Virus record (IMG/VR): IMGVR_UViG_3300037467_001543 | Span: 1-42,512 of that record | DNA: 42,512 nucleotides | DNA from: a virus | Lineage: Duplodnaviria; Caudoviricetes | Strand: one strand, 5' to 3' | Shown: positions 26,645 through 36,141 of the stretch, in pieces | How the letters are laid out: every line of letters starts with the position of its first letter | How positions within the stretch are numbered: the stretch's first letter is position 1 | Position numbers and translations under genes: made by a program | The notes under the pieces: generated by a model | Database searches by the model: none | Told to the model about the DNA's origin: nothing | Seen by the model: the letters and a program-made list of their open reading frames with translations, nothing else

Positions 26645-27677
26645 TGCCCACGTCCCACAGATAATCGCGCCGATACTCTTTGGCGCCGAGTGCCTCATAT
26701 AGCCGCCCGGCCCGCGCGCCGCGGCCATGCACGGTATGGTGCAGCGTCAGCCGCTGGATCCCCTCGGCGCGGAACAGGTCGCGTGATGCCGTCAGCAGCC
26801 GCCGCCCCAGGCAGTGCCGGGCGAACCCAGGCGCCACGTAGAAGGGGCCATGCACCATCGTCGGCGGCGCATCCGCCTCGACGTTGTGGTCGCGCGTCCA
26901 GAGGCAGTAACCGCCGATCGCGCCGTCGACGCGCGCGATCAGCACGCGCAGTTCGCCACGCCGCGCCAGCTCGTCCATGACATCCCGTTGCAGGCGAAAC
27001 TGCCCCTCGCGCCCCTCGGTCGCCTCGGCATGATGCACCGCGCCCAGCCGCTCGAGCGCCTCGGCCACGTCCTCCCACCGCTCCTCGCCGACCGAGATAA
27101 ACGGCTGTGGAAACGCGAGCCGCACCGACGCCTGGTCTTTCAGGCGCTCGATCGCATCGCGCCGCTCGACCAGGCGCGCCGCGCGTGCCGGCCAGTCCAG
27201 CTGCAGGTTGATGCGGTCGGCCCGCTCCCACGCCCACCAGTTAAACGGTGACTGCAGCAGGTGCTCCTGCAGCGCCGCGGCAGTGCGGCAATCGCTCAGG
27301 TCGTCATATGCGACGCTCATCACCTGCGGCTGCCCGGCCAGCGCCTCGAGCGCCGCGTTGCGCCGCCACAGCGCCTCCCACGGCGGCTCAACGCCCAACG
27401 CCGCGAGCGACGCGCCCACTGACTGCACCGGGCGGCGGATGACGGCCATGCGCAAATCCGGGATCGCCGCGCGAAACAATGGCCACCATTCGGCCGCACC
27501 GGTTTCGACCGAGCCACGAAAGCGCCGAAAAACCGCCTCCAGCAGCACATCCACGCTGTCAGCCTCGATCGCCAGGTCATGCCCGACCGGCCCGACGGCA
27601 GCGATCGACAGCCACTGCGACAGCCACCACGTCCGCGAGCGAGGCAGCGCAAACACGAGGAACGGCGGCGGCGTCAT
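26637..27677 (-). CDS. Sulfotransferase-like (P-loop) + GNAT acetyltransferase fusion
   Basis: N-terminal FLVFALPRSRTWWLS...IRRP..V..SL; C-terminal ARVDGAIGGY...FYVAPGFARHCLGRRLL...RLYEALG. Confidence 0.65.
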   Translation of the reverse strand: MTPPPFLVFALPRSRTWWLSQWLSIAAVGPVGHDLAIEADSVDVLLEAVFRRFRGSVETGAAEWWPLFRAAIPDLRMAVIRRPVQSVGASLAALGVEPPWEALWRRNAALEALAGQPQVMSVAYDDLSDCRTAAALQEHLLQSPFNWWAWERADRINLQLDWPARAARLVERRDAIERLKDQASVRLAFPQPFISVGEERWEDVAEALERLGAVHHAEATEGREGQFRLQRDVMDELARRGELRVLIARVDGAIGGYCLWTRDHNVEADAPPTMVHGPFYVAPGFARHCLGRRLLTASRDLFRAEGIQRLTLHHTVHGRGARAGRLYEALGAKEYRRDYLWDVGNG

Positions 27678-28024
27678 GCCACCGTCGGCGCGTAGAGGAA
27701 CCCATCACCCGCCGACACCGACGCCGCCTTGATGATGATCGTGGTCGTGCCATCGGTCACGCGCAGCGTAACATTGTGCGTCACCGTATCATTATTCCAG
27801 ACCCGCACCTCTTGGATGATCTGCGCCCCGGAGATGGTGCCGGCCAGCAGCGTGACGGCGGTGGTGCCGTTGGTGTGGCCCATCACCAGCGCCGGCTGGA
27901 ACGCGGTCGACGACGACGTGGCGTAGCAGCAGATGATGTCGCATGGCCGCGTCGTGTGCGCCTCGCCCAGCACAATCTCCAGACTGCGCGTGTATTGGTC
28001 GAGGATCACGGCAGGCCCATCCAC
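27674..28024 (-). CDS. Putative virion structural protein
   Basis: Beta-rich 116 aa in the tail operon. Confidence 0.6.
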   Translation of the reverse strand: MDGPAVILDQYTRSLEIVLGEAHTTRPCDIICCYATSSSTAFQPALVMGHTNGTTAVTLLAGTISGAQIIQEVRVWNNDTVTHNVTLRVTDGTTTIIIKAASVSAGDGFLYAPTVA

Positions 28025-28347
28025 AGCCGCGCGCGCGTCAGCGGCGAACCGCCGGCAATCTGCGACGACAGCGCCGCATCCGCCGCCTGGCGCGCCGCCG
28101 CCTCGGCTGATACCGCCGCCTGGCGACCGGCGGTTTCCGCCGTCAGCGCTGACTGCAGCGCTGCATCGCCGGCCTCACGCGCACTGGTTTCCGCCGTCAG
28201 CGCCGCCACCAGGTCAGCCAGGCTGGTGCCGATCGCCCCGCCGGACCGGTTCCACAACGCCAAGAAGAAGCGTTGCCAAACCGGAAACACCAGCCCGGTG
28301 TTGGCATCGACCAGCGGCGCGTTGGGAAACCCGGTGCGATCGGCCAT
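28006..28347 (-). CDS. Tail needle-like (gp26-position) coiled-coil protein
   Basis: PLVDANTGLV.PVWQRFF followed by AETxAR..AD repeats; ATG 28347. Confidence 0.65.
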   Translation of the reverse strand: MADRTGFPNAPLVDANTGLVFPVWQRFFLALWNRSGGAIGTSLADLVAALTAETSAREAGDAALQSALTAETAGRQAAVSAEAAARQAADAALSSQIAGGSPLTRARLWMGLP

Positions 28348-28348
28348 C

Positions 28349-29113
28349 TTAGTTTCCCGTGGCCAACCAATAGAAATGCAGCCCGCCGAGCGACCAGTCA
28401 CCGCCGGCATCAGGGCTCAGCGTGCGCCCGGAGAACCCCGTCGTGGTCGCCGGGGCGCTCAGCTCAACCCACGCACCGATCGTTGCGATAGGCTGACAGA
28501 CGACGGCAAACACCGAGGTCGGAAATGCGGACGGGAACGTAACGGTGAAATTGCCGAACCCGTCGCTCACCGCATTGCCCGTCTTGAACGTTCCGACCGA
28601 CCCGCTGATCGCCGCCTCGGCGGCTTCGGCCCGCGCTGTCTCGGCGGCAATCGCCGCGGCATTGGCTGCCTCGGCCGCCTCGGCGCGGGTGGTTTCCGCC
28701 GTGTCTGCTGCCGCCCTGGCCGCCGCCTCGGCATTGTCGGCCGACACACGCGCCGCCGCCTCGGCGTTGATCGCCGCGGTGATGCCCATCGCATCCCTGG
28801 CCGACGCCAGGTCCGGCGCGATGACCACGGGCGCCATGGCCACCGACACCAGCGTCGTCGACTCGAGGTCGAACACCTGCGCGCCGTTCGCGTCCGTCAG
28901 GATCAACCGATAGGCGCCGTCACCGTAACAGACGCAACTACCGGCATCATCCAGCGCGATCGGATTGGTGTTGGCCGACGTCGCCCCGCTGTCCGACCAG
29001 GTGGTTTTCGGCGTGCTGGTTCCCGGCACGTAGGTCGCCAGGTTGCCGAGCGCGTAGGGCTGGCCATTCGGATCGATGAACTGCAGGACGGGGGTCGGGA
29101 GCAACTCGGCCAT
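28349..29113 (-). CDS. Tail fibre/spike with virion-attachment N-domain
   Basis: QFIDPNGQPYALG...TYVPGTSTPK.TW...NTNPIALDDAG; then a coiled coil and a C-terminal VTFPSAFPT...FYWLATGN domain; ATG 29113. Confidence 0.75.
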   Translation of the reverse strand: MAELLPTPVLQFIDPNGQPYALGNLATYVPGTSTPKTTWSDSGATSANTNPIALDDAGSCVCYGDGAYRLILTDANGAQVFDLESTTLVSVAMAPVVIAPDLASARDAMGITAAINAEAAARVSADNAEAAARAAADTAETTRAEAAEAANAAAIAAETARAEAAEAAISGSVGTFKTGNAVSDGFGNFTVTFPSAFPTSVFAVVCQPIATIGAWVELSAPATTTGFSGRTLSPDAGGDWSLGGLHFYWLATGN

Positions 29114-30381
29114 CAGGATCTCGCTGGCGAAACGTCGAGCCACACGCCCTGCAGGTTGGTCTGCAGGGAGGTCGACCAGGTGATGCGGTAGAGGCGGTCG
29201 CGGGCGTAGCCTAGTCGTTGCCACTGCAACGAGGTCAGGTATTCACCGGTAGCGCCGAAGGTGATCGATACCGGCATGCTCCAGCTGTGGCCGCGATCGT
29301 CGGACCACTCCAGCCACACCAGGTTTTGCGACGTCCTGGCGATCGTCAGCGTGATGCAGGTATGGCTGTCGGACCAGTCGCTGGTGCCGCCCTCGCCGGT
29401 CGCCGACACCTGCCACTGATAGGCAGTGCCGTCCGCCAGGCCGGTGATCTGCAGCCCGGTGTCGGTGGTCGTGCCGGCATCAATCCAGGCGATGTCACCG
29501 GCCTGGCGATACTGCACATCGTAGCTGGTCGCGTCGGTCACCGCGTCCCACTGCGCGGTGATCGAGCCGGTGGTCGAGGTGCCGCAGGTCAGGCCCGAGG
29601 GCACATCCGGGACAGGTGGCGGGGGTGGTGGCGCGGCGGCGGTGTAGCTGAACGACGCAAACGAAACCACCTGGCCATTGGACGATGAGGTGCCGAAAAT
29701 CCCACCCGGCGGCGTGTTGGCCCAGTCTGCCGCAGCGCCAGTGTTGGCGTGCGACGCACCCGTGATGAAACTGCCGTAGAGCGCCACCGGCAGCACGTCG
29801 CCAGAGGTGCCGACCAGGCCCACGATATACCAGGCGAGGTATGTCTCTGCGCTGTCGCCCGAGTTGAACACAACGCCTGTGCGGTCGGCGAAATTGACCG
29901 TGCTGTCGGACTGCGGCGCGGCGCCGTCCACCGTGACCGGCAGGCCGACCGTCGTATCCCACGGGCTCGAGATGTTGCTGCAGCCTTCATAGGCCGCCAG
30001 TGCGGCGCCGTAGCTCCCCGAGATGCTGCTGAAGCCCGCGGTGTAGCCGGCCGAGAGGGTCACCGTGATGACCTGGCTGGTGAGCTGTGCCGCGGCCGGC
30101 GCCCACCAGAACTCTATCGACCCATTGCCGCCCGAACCGTGCAGCTCGTCGGCGTGGTTGCTGAGCGTGAACGGCCCCGCCAGCCGGGTGAACGTGAGCC
30201 CCGGCGAGGTCACCGACGACACGGCCGGGCAGGCCTGGTTGTAGACATCGCCGGCAATCGCCAGCAGCAGCACCCGATCCGTGCCGCCCGTCGAGGTGGT
30301 CAAGGTGAAGGTATGGCCGGCGCCCAGCGGGTAGGGAAAGGCCGAGGTGCCGGCCGCGGTTTCGTAGGTCGGTTGGGCCAT
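29113..30381 (-). CDS. Virion protein with FN3 domain, ending in the C-terminal segment of a gp10-like tail hub
   Basis: Poly-Pro linker; FN3 (PSGLT...ITAQWDAV..ATSYDVQYR...ITGLADGTAYQWQVSA); terminal WLEWSDDRGHSWS...GATGEY...WQRLGYARDRLYRI. Confidence 0.75.
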   Translation of the reverse strand: MAQPTYETAAGTSAFPYPLGAGHTFTLTTSTGGTDRVLLLAIAGDVYNQACPAVSSVTSPGLTFTRLAGPFTLSNHADELHGSGGNGSIEFWWAPAAAQLTSQVITVTLSAGYTAGFSSISGSYGAALAAYEGCSNISSPWDTTVGLPVTVDGAAPQSDSTVNFADRTGVVFNSGDSAETYLAWYIVGLVGTSGDVLPVALYGSFITGASHANTGAAADWANTPPGGIFGTSSSNGQVVSFASFSYTAAAPPPPPPVPDVPSGLTCGTSTTGSITAQWDAVTDATSYDVQYRQAGDIAWIDAGTTTDTGLQITGLADGTAYQWQVSATGEGGTSDWSDSHTCITLTIARTSQNLVWLEWSDDRGHSWSMPVSITFGATGEYLTSLQWQRLGYARDRLYRITWSTSLQTNLQGVWLDVSPARS

Positions 30382-31601
30382 CAGTCGAGCCCGGCCGGCG
30401 CGGTGCCGGCTTCCATATCGGCGATCAGCTGGTGGTGGTAGACGCGTTTGCCCTCATTCAGCAGGTGCTGCAGCACCCGCTGGCGCCGGATCGGCTGGCC
30501 GGCATCATCCCCCGCGTGCGGGTCGAGCTGATACAGCGCGCCTGACCGCCAGTCGCCGACGACGACCTTGCCGTAGGCCGCGGCGGCGCAATTCGCCCGG
30601 TGCCGGTGCTCGAGCCCATTGGTGTCGATCCACGCCAGCTCTGACCACTGCCCGGTCGTGCGGTCCAGCAGCCACGTCTTGTCAGCCTCAGGAAACGTCA
30701 AATGGTAGAAGTAGTGACCGTTGTATTGATAAGTAAAGCCAATCGCATCGTCTATACGACTGTATTTGGCGAGCGCCGTTTCCATGGCATAGGTGCTGAC
30801 CCGTTTCGCGAGGTATCCGCTGCCCTCGAGCACCTGCGTCTGGCCCTGGCGATCCTTGCCTAGCCACAGCACCGCATTGTCATGCAGCGCGACCGAATAG
30901 ACCGCCACGCACCCGTGGTCGATGATCACCGACGGCATCGACGCAAACGGGAAATCCGACGCCCCGGTGTTATACCACACTTCCGTCGTCGACGCGCCGA
31001 GCAGCCATATCTCTCTCTTGGCCACCGCCAGGCTGACCAGCAGGTCGCTGTGCGACTGCTTGTTCGCGAACCACAACGGATCGAACGTCACCGCCAGGCT
31101 GTCCGAGGAGATGAATTGCGGCGTGCCATGGACGTTGAAGAGCAGATAAGTGTCGAGGTAGTCGACCCGGTCGCCGCCGCGGAAAATGCCGCTGCTGTCA
31201 CTGATCTGCGCGAAGGTATTATCCGACAGCGTCAGCTGCCAGCCATTGATCGTGCCGTCGACGACAACCAGCTGCAGGCCGTTGTCGGACATGCTGACGG
31301 GCGTCGTGATCCAGCCGGTGATGGTGCCGAGCGCGCTATAGGTCCAGTCGCTCTCGACGCGGTAGAGCGTGTCACCGCCGACGGCATACAGGATGCCGTT
31401 CGTGGCGGTGTAGACCCCGCGCACCGGCACCGTGGGCAGCATCGCCAGCGTCACCAGGCCTGCCGTGGGATAGAGCGCAAACCGGCTAGGCTCGCCCACC
31501 TCGGCCGGCAGCGGCTCCAGGTAGAGGTTCAAGCACCGCTGCGCCGACGCAACGACAGAGCGGGCCTGGTAGGTGCCGCCCGATATCTGCTGGCGCGCCA
31601 T
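30381..31601 (-). CDS. P22 gp10-like tail hub / DNA stabilisation protein (C-terminally truncated)
   Basis: QRCLNLY.E, SMSDNG, VDYLDTY, TTEVWYNTG, RVSTYAME, GH.FY.LTFP.ADKTW, VGDW; stops after LIADMEAG; ATG 31601. Confidence 0.88.
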   Translation of the reverse strand: MARQQISGGTYQARSVVASAQRCLNLYLEPLPAEVGEPSRFALYPTAGLVTLAMLPTVPVRGVYTATNGILYAVGGDTLYRVESDWTYSALGTITGWITTPVSMSDNGLQLVVVDGTINGWQLTLSDNTFAQISDSSGIFRGGDRVDYLDTYLLFNVHGTPQFISSDSLAVTFDPLWFANKQSHSDLLVSLAVAKREIWLLGASTTEVWYNTGASDFPFASMPSVIIDHGCVAVYSVALHDNAVLWLGKDRQGQTQVLEGSGYLAKRVSTYAMETALAKYSRIDDAIGFTYQYNGHYFYHLTFPEADKTWLLDRTTGQWSELAWIDTNGLEHRHRANCAAAAYGKVVVGDWRSGALYQLDPHAGDDAGQPIRRQRVLQHLLNEGKRVYHHQLIADMEAGTAPAGLD

Positions 31602-32401
31602 CAGGTGATCACCGAGACCTGCGGCTGTGTCGCCGTCACCACGGCAGCCGAGGCCGAGGCCCACTGCTCGATCGCCACCTGCGACAACCAGGCTTGCACG
31701 CCGATCCCAGTCGGCGTCGCCCATTGCTCGACGGCCACACTGGTCAAGCGCGCGGCGGGGTTGCCATCGGCCCATTGCTCGATGGCGGCGGTGGTGACGA
31801 CGGCGTTGAGCGCCAAGGCCGAGGTCGGCCAGCCCGACGTGTAGCCGGCCGGCACGCTGCCGGTGAATGCGGTGTCGCCGAAATTGGCGGTATCCGAGCC
31901 ATTGGCGCTGCTCGCGTTGGCGTAAATTGGCCGCAGCCCGATCAGGCTGTTGGCGATGGATGCTAGGCTGATGCCGCCAGAGCCGCCCGGCGCGTAGGCC
32001 GCATTGGCGTTCCAGTTGCCGGCCGCGCCGATGCGAAACCACACCAGCCCGTTGTCGAGATCAGCGGCGATGCAGATCACATCGCCATTGGCGCGGGCTC
32101 CAAACGATATACCTGTGGAATTACCGTTCAGGTAGATGGCGCCGGTATTGCTCAATACGCCGACGGCGTTCGTCGGCGTGCCCCCAACGGTATTGAGGAC
32201 CGCATTTATATTCGCCAGGCCGTGGATCGCCTGGCTGTTTCCGCCCGATGTTAGGGTTAGTTCAAAATAGTATTTTCCTGAGCGCTGAAGATCGACGGCG
32301 CGCACACCGCTGGCAACAACTGTCGATGTGGCAACAAGATTGCTGCCCGACAGCGTGATGCTGGCGCTCTTATCCGTCGCGCTCCAGGTCGTATTGGCCA
32401 T
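31601..32401 (-). CDS. SPRY/B30.2-like virion protein
   Basis: ITLSGSNL.AT, SGKYYFELT, GDVICIAADLDNGLVWF, ANFG...F...VPAGY. Confidence 0.72.
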   Translation of the reverse strand: MANTTWSATDKSASITLSGSNLVATSTVVASGVRAVDLQRSGKYYFELTLTSGGNSQAIHGLANINAVLNTVGGTPTNAVGVLSNTGAIYLNGNSTGISFGARANGDVICIAADLDNGLVWFRIGAAGNWNANAAYAPGGSGGISLASIANSLIGLRPIYANASSANGSDTANFGDTAFTGSVPAGYTSGWPTSALALNAVVTTAAIEQWADGNPAARLTSVAVEQWATPTGIGVQAWLSQVAIEQWASASAAVVTATQPQVSVIT

Positions 32402-32406
32402 TGTAT

Positions 32407-33942
32407 CTACGCCGACACTTTCGGTCCGAAGATCAGGTTATTGACCGCCGTCGCCGTCCACGCCGCGCTGGTCGCCGGGTCGACCTGGTCCACTTTCCAC
32501 AACCATCCCCAGGTAGTGTTCAGCGCCGTGCTGGTGCCGGTCGAGAGCGTCGCGCCGCTCTGTATCTGCAACGCAATGTTCCTGGTGCCGGCGTCCGTCT
32601 TCAACGCCAGCGCGCGGGTGATGACGGCAACGGTCGTTGATGGCGTAACGGATATCGCGCCCACCGTATAGAAGTCCGCATCGTTTACGGTGCTGTCGTA
32701 AATATACGTTGCGGCGGCGTCCTGCACGATCTCACTGACCATATCGGCGTTGGCGAGCGTCGTCGGCGTGATGTTGGCCGTGAAGATCGGCGCGGAGCCA
32801 GAGGTGCTGGATAGCGTCGGCGTAGACGTCGGGAAACTGGCATAGACCGGGCTGGTGCTGGTGGCGCCCTGGTTTGGATAGGCGCCGGTCGTTGATGAAG
32901 TTGATAAGCTCCAGGCATTCGCCGTCGTGGTGTCGCTGATAAAGCCAATCCAATACTGCGTGCCGCGCACGACGCTGGGCGGCGAGCCAAAGGTGATGGT
33001 ATTGCTTCCGGCGACCGGATTGCTGAGCGTCGTTGCCGATCCGAGCACGGTCCCCGGGGCGCCCGAGCCGGTATCATTGAAAATTGTGCATTTTAGATTG
33101 CCGGTGAAACCGGCATTCAGAGTGATCGAGGCTGTCCCAATGGTGCCCGAGCAGGTCGCGGTAAAAGGTGCATAGCGCGCGGTGTTGGCGCTTATTGTGC
33201 CGGTCGTGCCCTGCACAAACGCCGTGACCGGCGCCGCGCTTCCCGAGCGCGAAAACTGCACGGAGCTGTCAGCCAGCGGCATTCTGGTGTAGCAACGGAT
33301 GTCGCCCACCCAAGGGACCGATGAACTGTCGGAGCGCCAGAGCAGGTCGTCGAGGAACCAGCCGGCGGCGAAGGTGCCGCAACCAACTGAAAGCTTATTC
33401 GCATAATTATTCGCGGTCCCACCCCTAGTATTCAACGAGGTGGCAGAAAAGTCATTTGAGGTATTGCCATTTTTGCGCACGGCAATGGAGCCGGTGGTAT
33501 TGTTGATTACGATTTCGATCTCGAAGGCATACCATGTATTGCTTGCCGTCATCGCCCCCGTATAAGTCGCCAGCGTTGTGCCACTCGATGCGCCCGACGT
33601 TAGCAGGATTGCCCCATCGGAGCGGACCACGATGCTGCATTGCGCGGTTGCGCCGTCGAACAGCGTGAGCCAGGGGCGGGCAATTGTGCCGGTGAGCGCC
33701 GCCGTCGTCATCACAGCGAAGACGATGTGATGGATGCTGTCGTTCGAGCCTGATGATTTAGTCAGGCCGGCGCTCGTCGCGCTGCCGCCGTTGATCACTA
33801 ATCCTCGGCTGCCACTGAAGCGCCCGGCAGCCGATATTTCCAGGAACGTGTTGCTGCCGCTGTCCCAATACGTGCCGCTGCCGTAGGCGTCCGACAGTTG
33901 CGTATATAGGTCGAAACCATCGCCAAAGACCCAGTTCACCAT
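32407..33942 (-). CDS. Ser/Thr-rich beta-sandwich virion protein (putative receptor-binding or decoration)
   Basis: DGFDLY N-terminus, WYAFEIEI, FLDDL, DPATSAAWT..AVN C-terminus; visibly more AT-rich than its flanks. Confidence 0.65.
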   Translation of the reverse strand: MVNWVFGDGFDLYTQLSDAYGSGTYWDSGSNTFLEISAAGRFSGSRGLVINGGSATSAGLTKSSGSNDSIHHIVFAVMTTAALTGTIARPWLTLFDGATAQCSIVVRSDGAILLTSGASSGTTLATYTGAMTASNTWYAFEIEIVINNTTGSIAVRKNGNTSNDFSATSLNTRGGTANNYANKLSVGCGTFAAGWFLDDLLWRSDSSSVPWVGDIRCYTRMPLADSSVQFSRSGSAAPVTAFVQGTTGTISANTARYAPFTATCSGTIGTASITLNAGFTGNLKCTIFNDTGSGAPGTVLGSATTLSNPVAGSNTITFGSPPSVVRGTQYWIGFISDTTTANAWSLSTSSTTGAYPNQGATSTSPVYASFPTSTPTLSSTSGSAPIFTANITPTTLANADMVSEIVQDAAATYIYDSTVNDADFYTVGAISVTPSTTVAVITRALALKTDAGTRNIALQIQSGATLSTGTSTALNTTWGWLWKVDQVDPATSAAWTATAVNNLIFGPKVSA

Positions 33943-33943
33943 C

Positions 33944-35389
33944 CTAACGATCCCCCGCCAGCGTTAGCGCCACGTTGGCAAAGGTGGCATCGGCGCTGGC
34001 CGGGCCAACCACGCGGCCGAGATCACCCTGCGCGAATGACACCGCACCGGTCGTGCTGAATGTGCCGGCATGGCCTGAGGCCGAGACGGTGATGGTGCCG
34101 ACATTCGACCAGCTGCCGCCGCTCGTCGGATCCGACGCCGAGGGGCATTTCTGGATCGTCAACACCGTGCTGCCGGTGGCGTTCGCCAGGCTCGAGCAGT
34201 AGGACGTTTCGCCGCTGTTCGTCGTGCCGAAATTTGACGGGAAGGTCACCGCGGTGCCGAACCGATGCACCAGCAGCACCTGCGACGCGGTCAGCACGCC
34301 CGGCACAAACCCGCCGACGACATAAGGCTCCTTGCCGTTTACCCAGTGCGTGCCGTCATAGTGCAGCCGGTCGCCCGAGGCCGGGCTGGTGATGGCGACG
34401 TCGCTGTCGCCGGCCAGCGTCGTCGGCGCCGTCGCCGTCAGCGTCCCGGTGGAGAGCGACAGCCCGGCCCCCAGAGCCGACACCGCACCAGCGTTCCAGT
34501 TCTGTGACGTGAGGAAGCTACTAGTGGCACTCGCCCAGTCCGTTAGGTCCGAATGCGTGAGCGTCACCGCACCCGTGCGCCCAGCCACCGATGACACCGC
34601 GCCCGTGCTCGACAGCGTGCCGGTCGAGAGCGTCAGCCCCGTGCCCAGGACCGTGACCGCGCCTGCGTTCCAGTCGGCGCTAATCGTGCCGGACGTGCTG
34701 ATCGGCCCGCCCGACAAGCCGCCGCCGGTCGATATCTGCGTGACCGTTCCGCCCGAGGCTCCCGAGACGCCCGACCACGTCCCGTCCTCGCGCAGGTAGC
34801 GCGTCGTCCCGGCGCTCGAGCCAGGATCCGGCACCGCGCCCGCAGCGTGCGACGGCCCGGAGGCGCCCATCACCGGCAGATCGGCCGCCGCCAAGGCCCT
34901 GAACGTCGGCGCCGCTGCCGACCCGCTCGCAGGCCCGGCAAACACCCTGTTGGCGTTCTGGCTGGCCCTGGCGAGCGTCAGCGTGCCGCTGCTGGTGACC
35001 GGCGAACCGCTAACGGTGAACTCGGCCGGCGCCGCCAGCGCAACGCTGGTCACGCCACTGGCCACCACATCCAACGTGCCGGCGGCGAGCGTGACGCCGT
35101 TACCCAGCGCGGTGACGGTGCCGGCGACCCATTGCTCGGACGCCGTCGACACCAGCGTGCCGGCGTCCAGCGAAAGCCCCGATCCAACCGCCGTCACCGT
35201 GCCGGCGTTCCATTGCTCGGACGCAAACACCACGCTCAGCGTCTCGCTGCTCAGCACCAGCCCGTTGCCGAGCGCCGCGACGGTGCCGGCGTTCCATAGA
35301 TTGTTGCCTAACCCGATCGCCTCGGCGATGGCGGCGTTGAGGTCGGCCGCGGTCAGAACCTGGCCAGCGGACCATGGATACCCTGTCAT
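33944..35389 (-). CDS. Fibre-like virion protein with internal repeats
   Basis: Five W(N/V)AG.V..(L/V)G.G..L...TL repeats; VSSVAGRTGAVTL; APTFRAL.AADLP. Confidence 0.7.
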   Translation of the reverse strand: MTGYPWSAGQVLTAADLNAAIAEAIGLGNNLWNAGTVAALGNGLVLSSETLSVVFASEQWNAGTVTAVGSGLSLDAGTLVSTASEQWVAGTVTALGNGVTLAAGTLDVVASGVTSVALAAPAEFTVSGSPVTSSGTLTLARASQNANRVFAGPASGSAAAPTFRALAAADLPVMGASGPSHAAGAVPDPGSSAGTTRYLREDGTWSGVSGASGGTVTQISTGGGLSGGPISTSGTISADWNAGAVTVLGTGLTLSTGTLSSTGAVSSVAGRTGAVTLTHSDLTDWASATSSFLTSQNWNAGAVSALGAGLSLSTGTLTATAPTTLAGDSDVAITSPASGDRLHYDGTHWVNGKEPYVVGGFVPGVLTASQVLLVHRFGTAVTFPSNFGTTNSGETSYCSSLANATGSTVLTIQKCPSASDPTSGGSWSNVGTITVSASGHAGTFSTTGAVSFAQGDLGRVVGPASADATFANVALTLAGDR

Positions 35390-36141
35390 CAGCCGAGCAC
35401 CGACGTTGAGGTGATGAAGACGCTCTGGAACGGCGCCACCGCGCCCGAGATGCCGCCATTACCGGCCCCCATGGGCAGCAGCGCGGCGTCGATCTTCAGC
35501 GGCGCCATCTGCATGTTTGCGGCCCGAATGCGGCTCAGCACGCCGCGCAGCCGCGCGATCATGGCAGGTCGCGGATCCTGCCCGTAGTCCATGGAGATCT
35601 TCGCTGCCAACGCGTAGCGGATCGCCTCCTGATATTCCGGCGGCAGATCGAGCGCATCGGCCAGCGCGGTATAGACCGGCAGCGGCGCCTGGTAGCTGAC
35701 ATGGATCTCGAACTGGTTCTCGGCCGGGATCGGCCAGACGTAGACCGACGGCAGCGGGTAGAGCTGGTCGAGCCAGATACCGCCAGGCCAGGTGGTCAGG
35801 TTTTTCAACGATATCTCGTTGTAGACCTCCCGGCTCGGGATGATCGACAACGGAAAATCCATCTGGCCGGTGCTCGGCGGCATCGGCTGCAGCAGCCGCA
35901 CGAACGCCGAGGCGATCCGGCGCGGCCGATCAGGTAGCTGATACGACGCCGCGCCGGTCGAGGTCACCGAATAGTCTTTCAGAACCCAGGCGAGGCCTGG
36001 ATCCTGCGCCCAGCCGGCGAGCACCTCACGCAGCAGATCGAGCCCCGTCCCAGCGTCGGTCGCACTGGTGCGTTGCCCGATACCCTGCACGCCGCTCGTT
36101 AGCATAGCGGCACGGATGATGTCACCGGCTGTTCGAATCAT
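35389..36141 (-). CDS. Head-to-tail adaptor (P22 gp4-position)
   Basis: TAGDIIRAAM..SGV, VYVWPIP, LPPEYQEAIRYALA; follows the coat region. Confidence 0.75.
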   Translation of the reverse strand: MIRTAGDIIRAAMLTSGVQGIGQRTSATDAGTGLDLLREVLAGWAQDPGLAWVLKDYSVTSTGAASYQLPDRPRRIASAFVRLLQPMPPSTGQMDFPLSIIPSREVYNEISLKNLTTWPGGIWLDQLYPLPSVYVWPIPAENQFEIHVSYQAPLPVYTALADALDLPPEYQEAIRYALAAKISMDYGQDPRPAMIARLRGVLSRIRAANMQMAPLKIDAALLPMGAGNGGISGAVAPFQSVFITSTSVLG

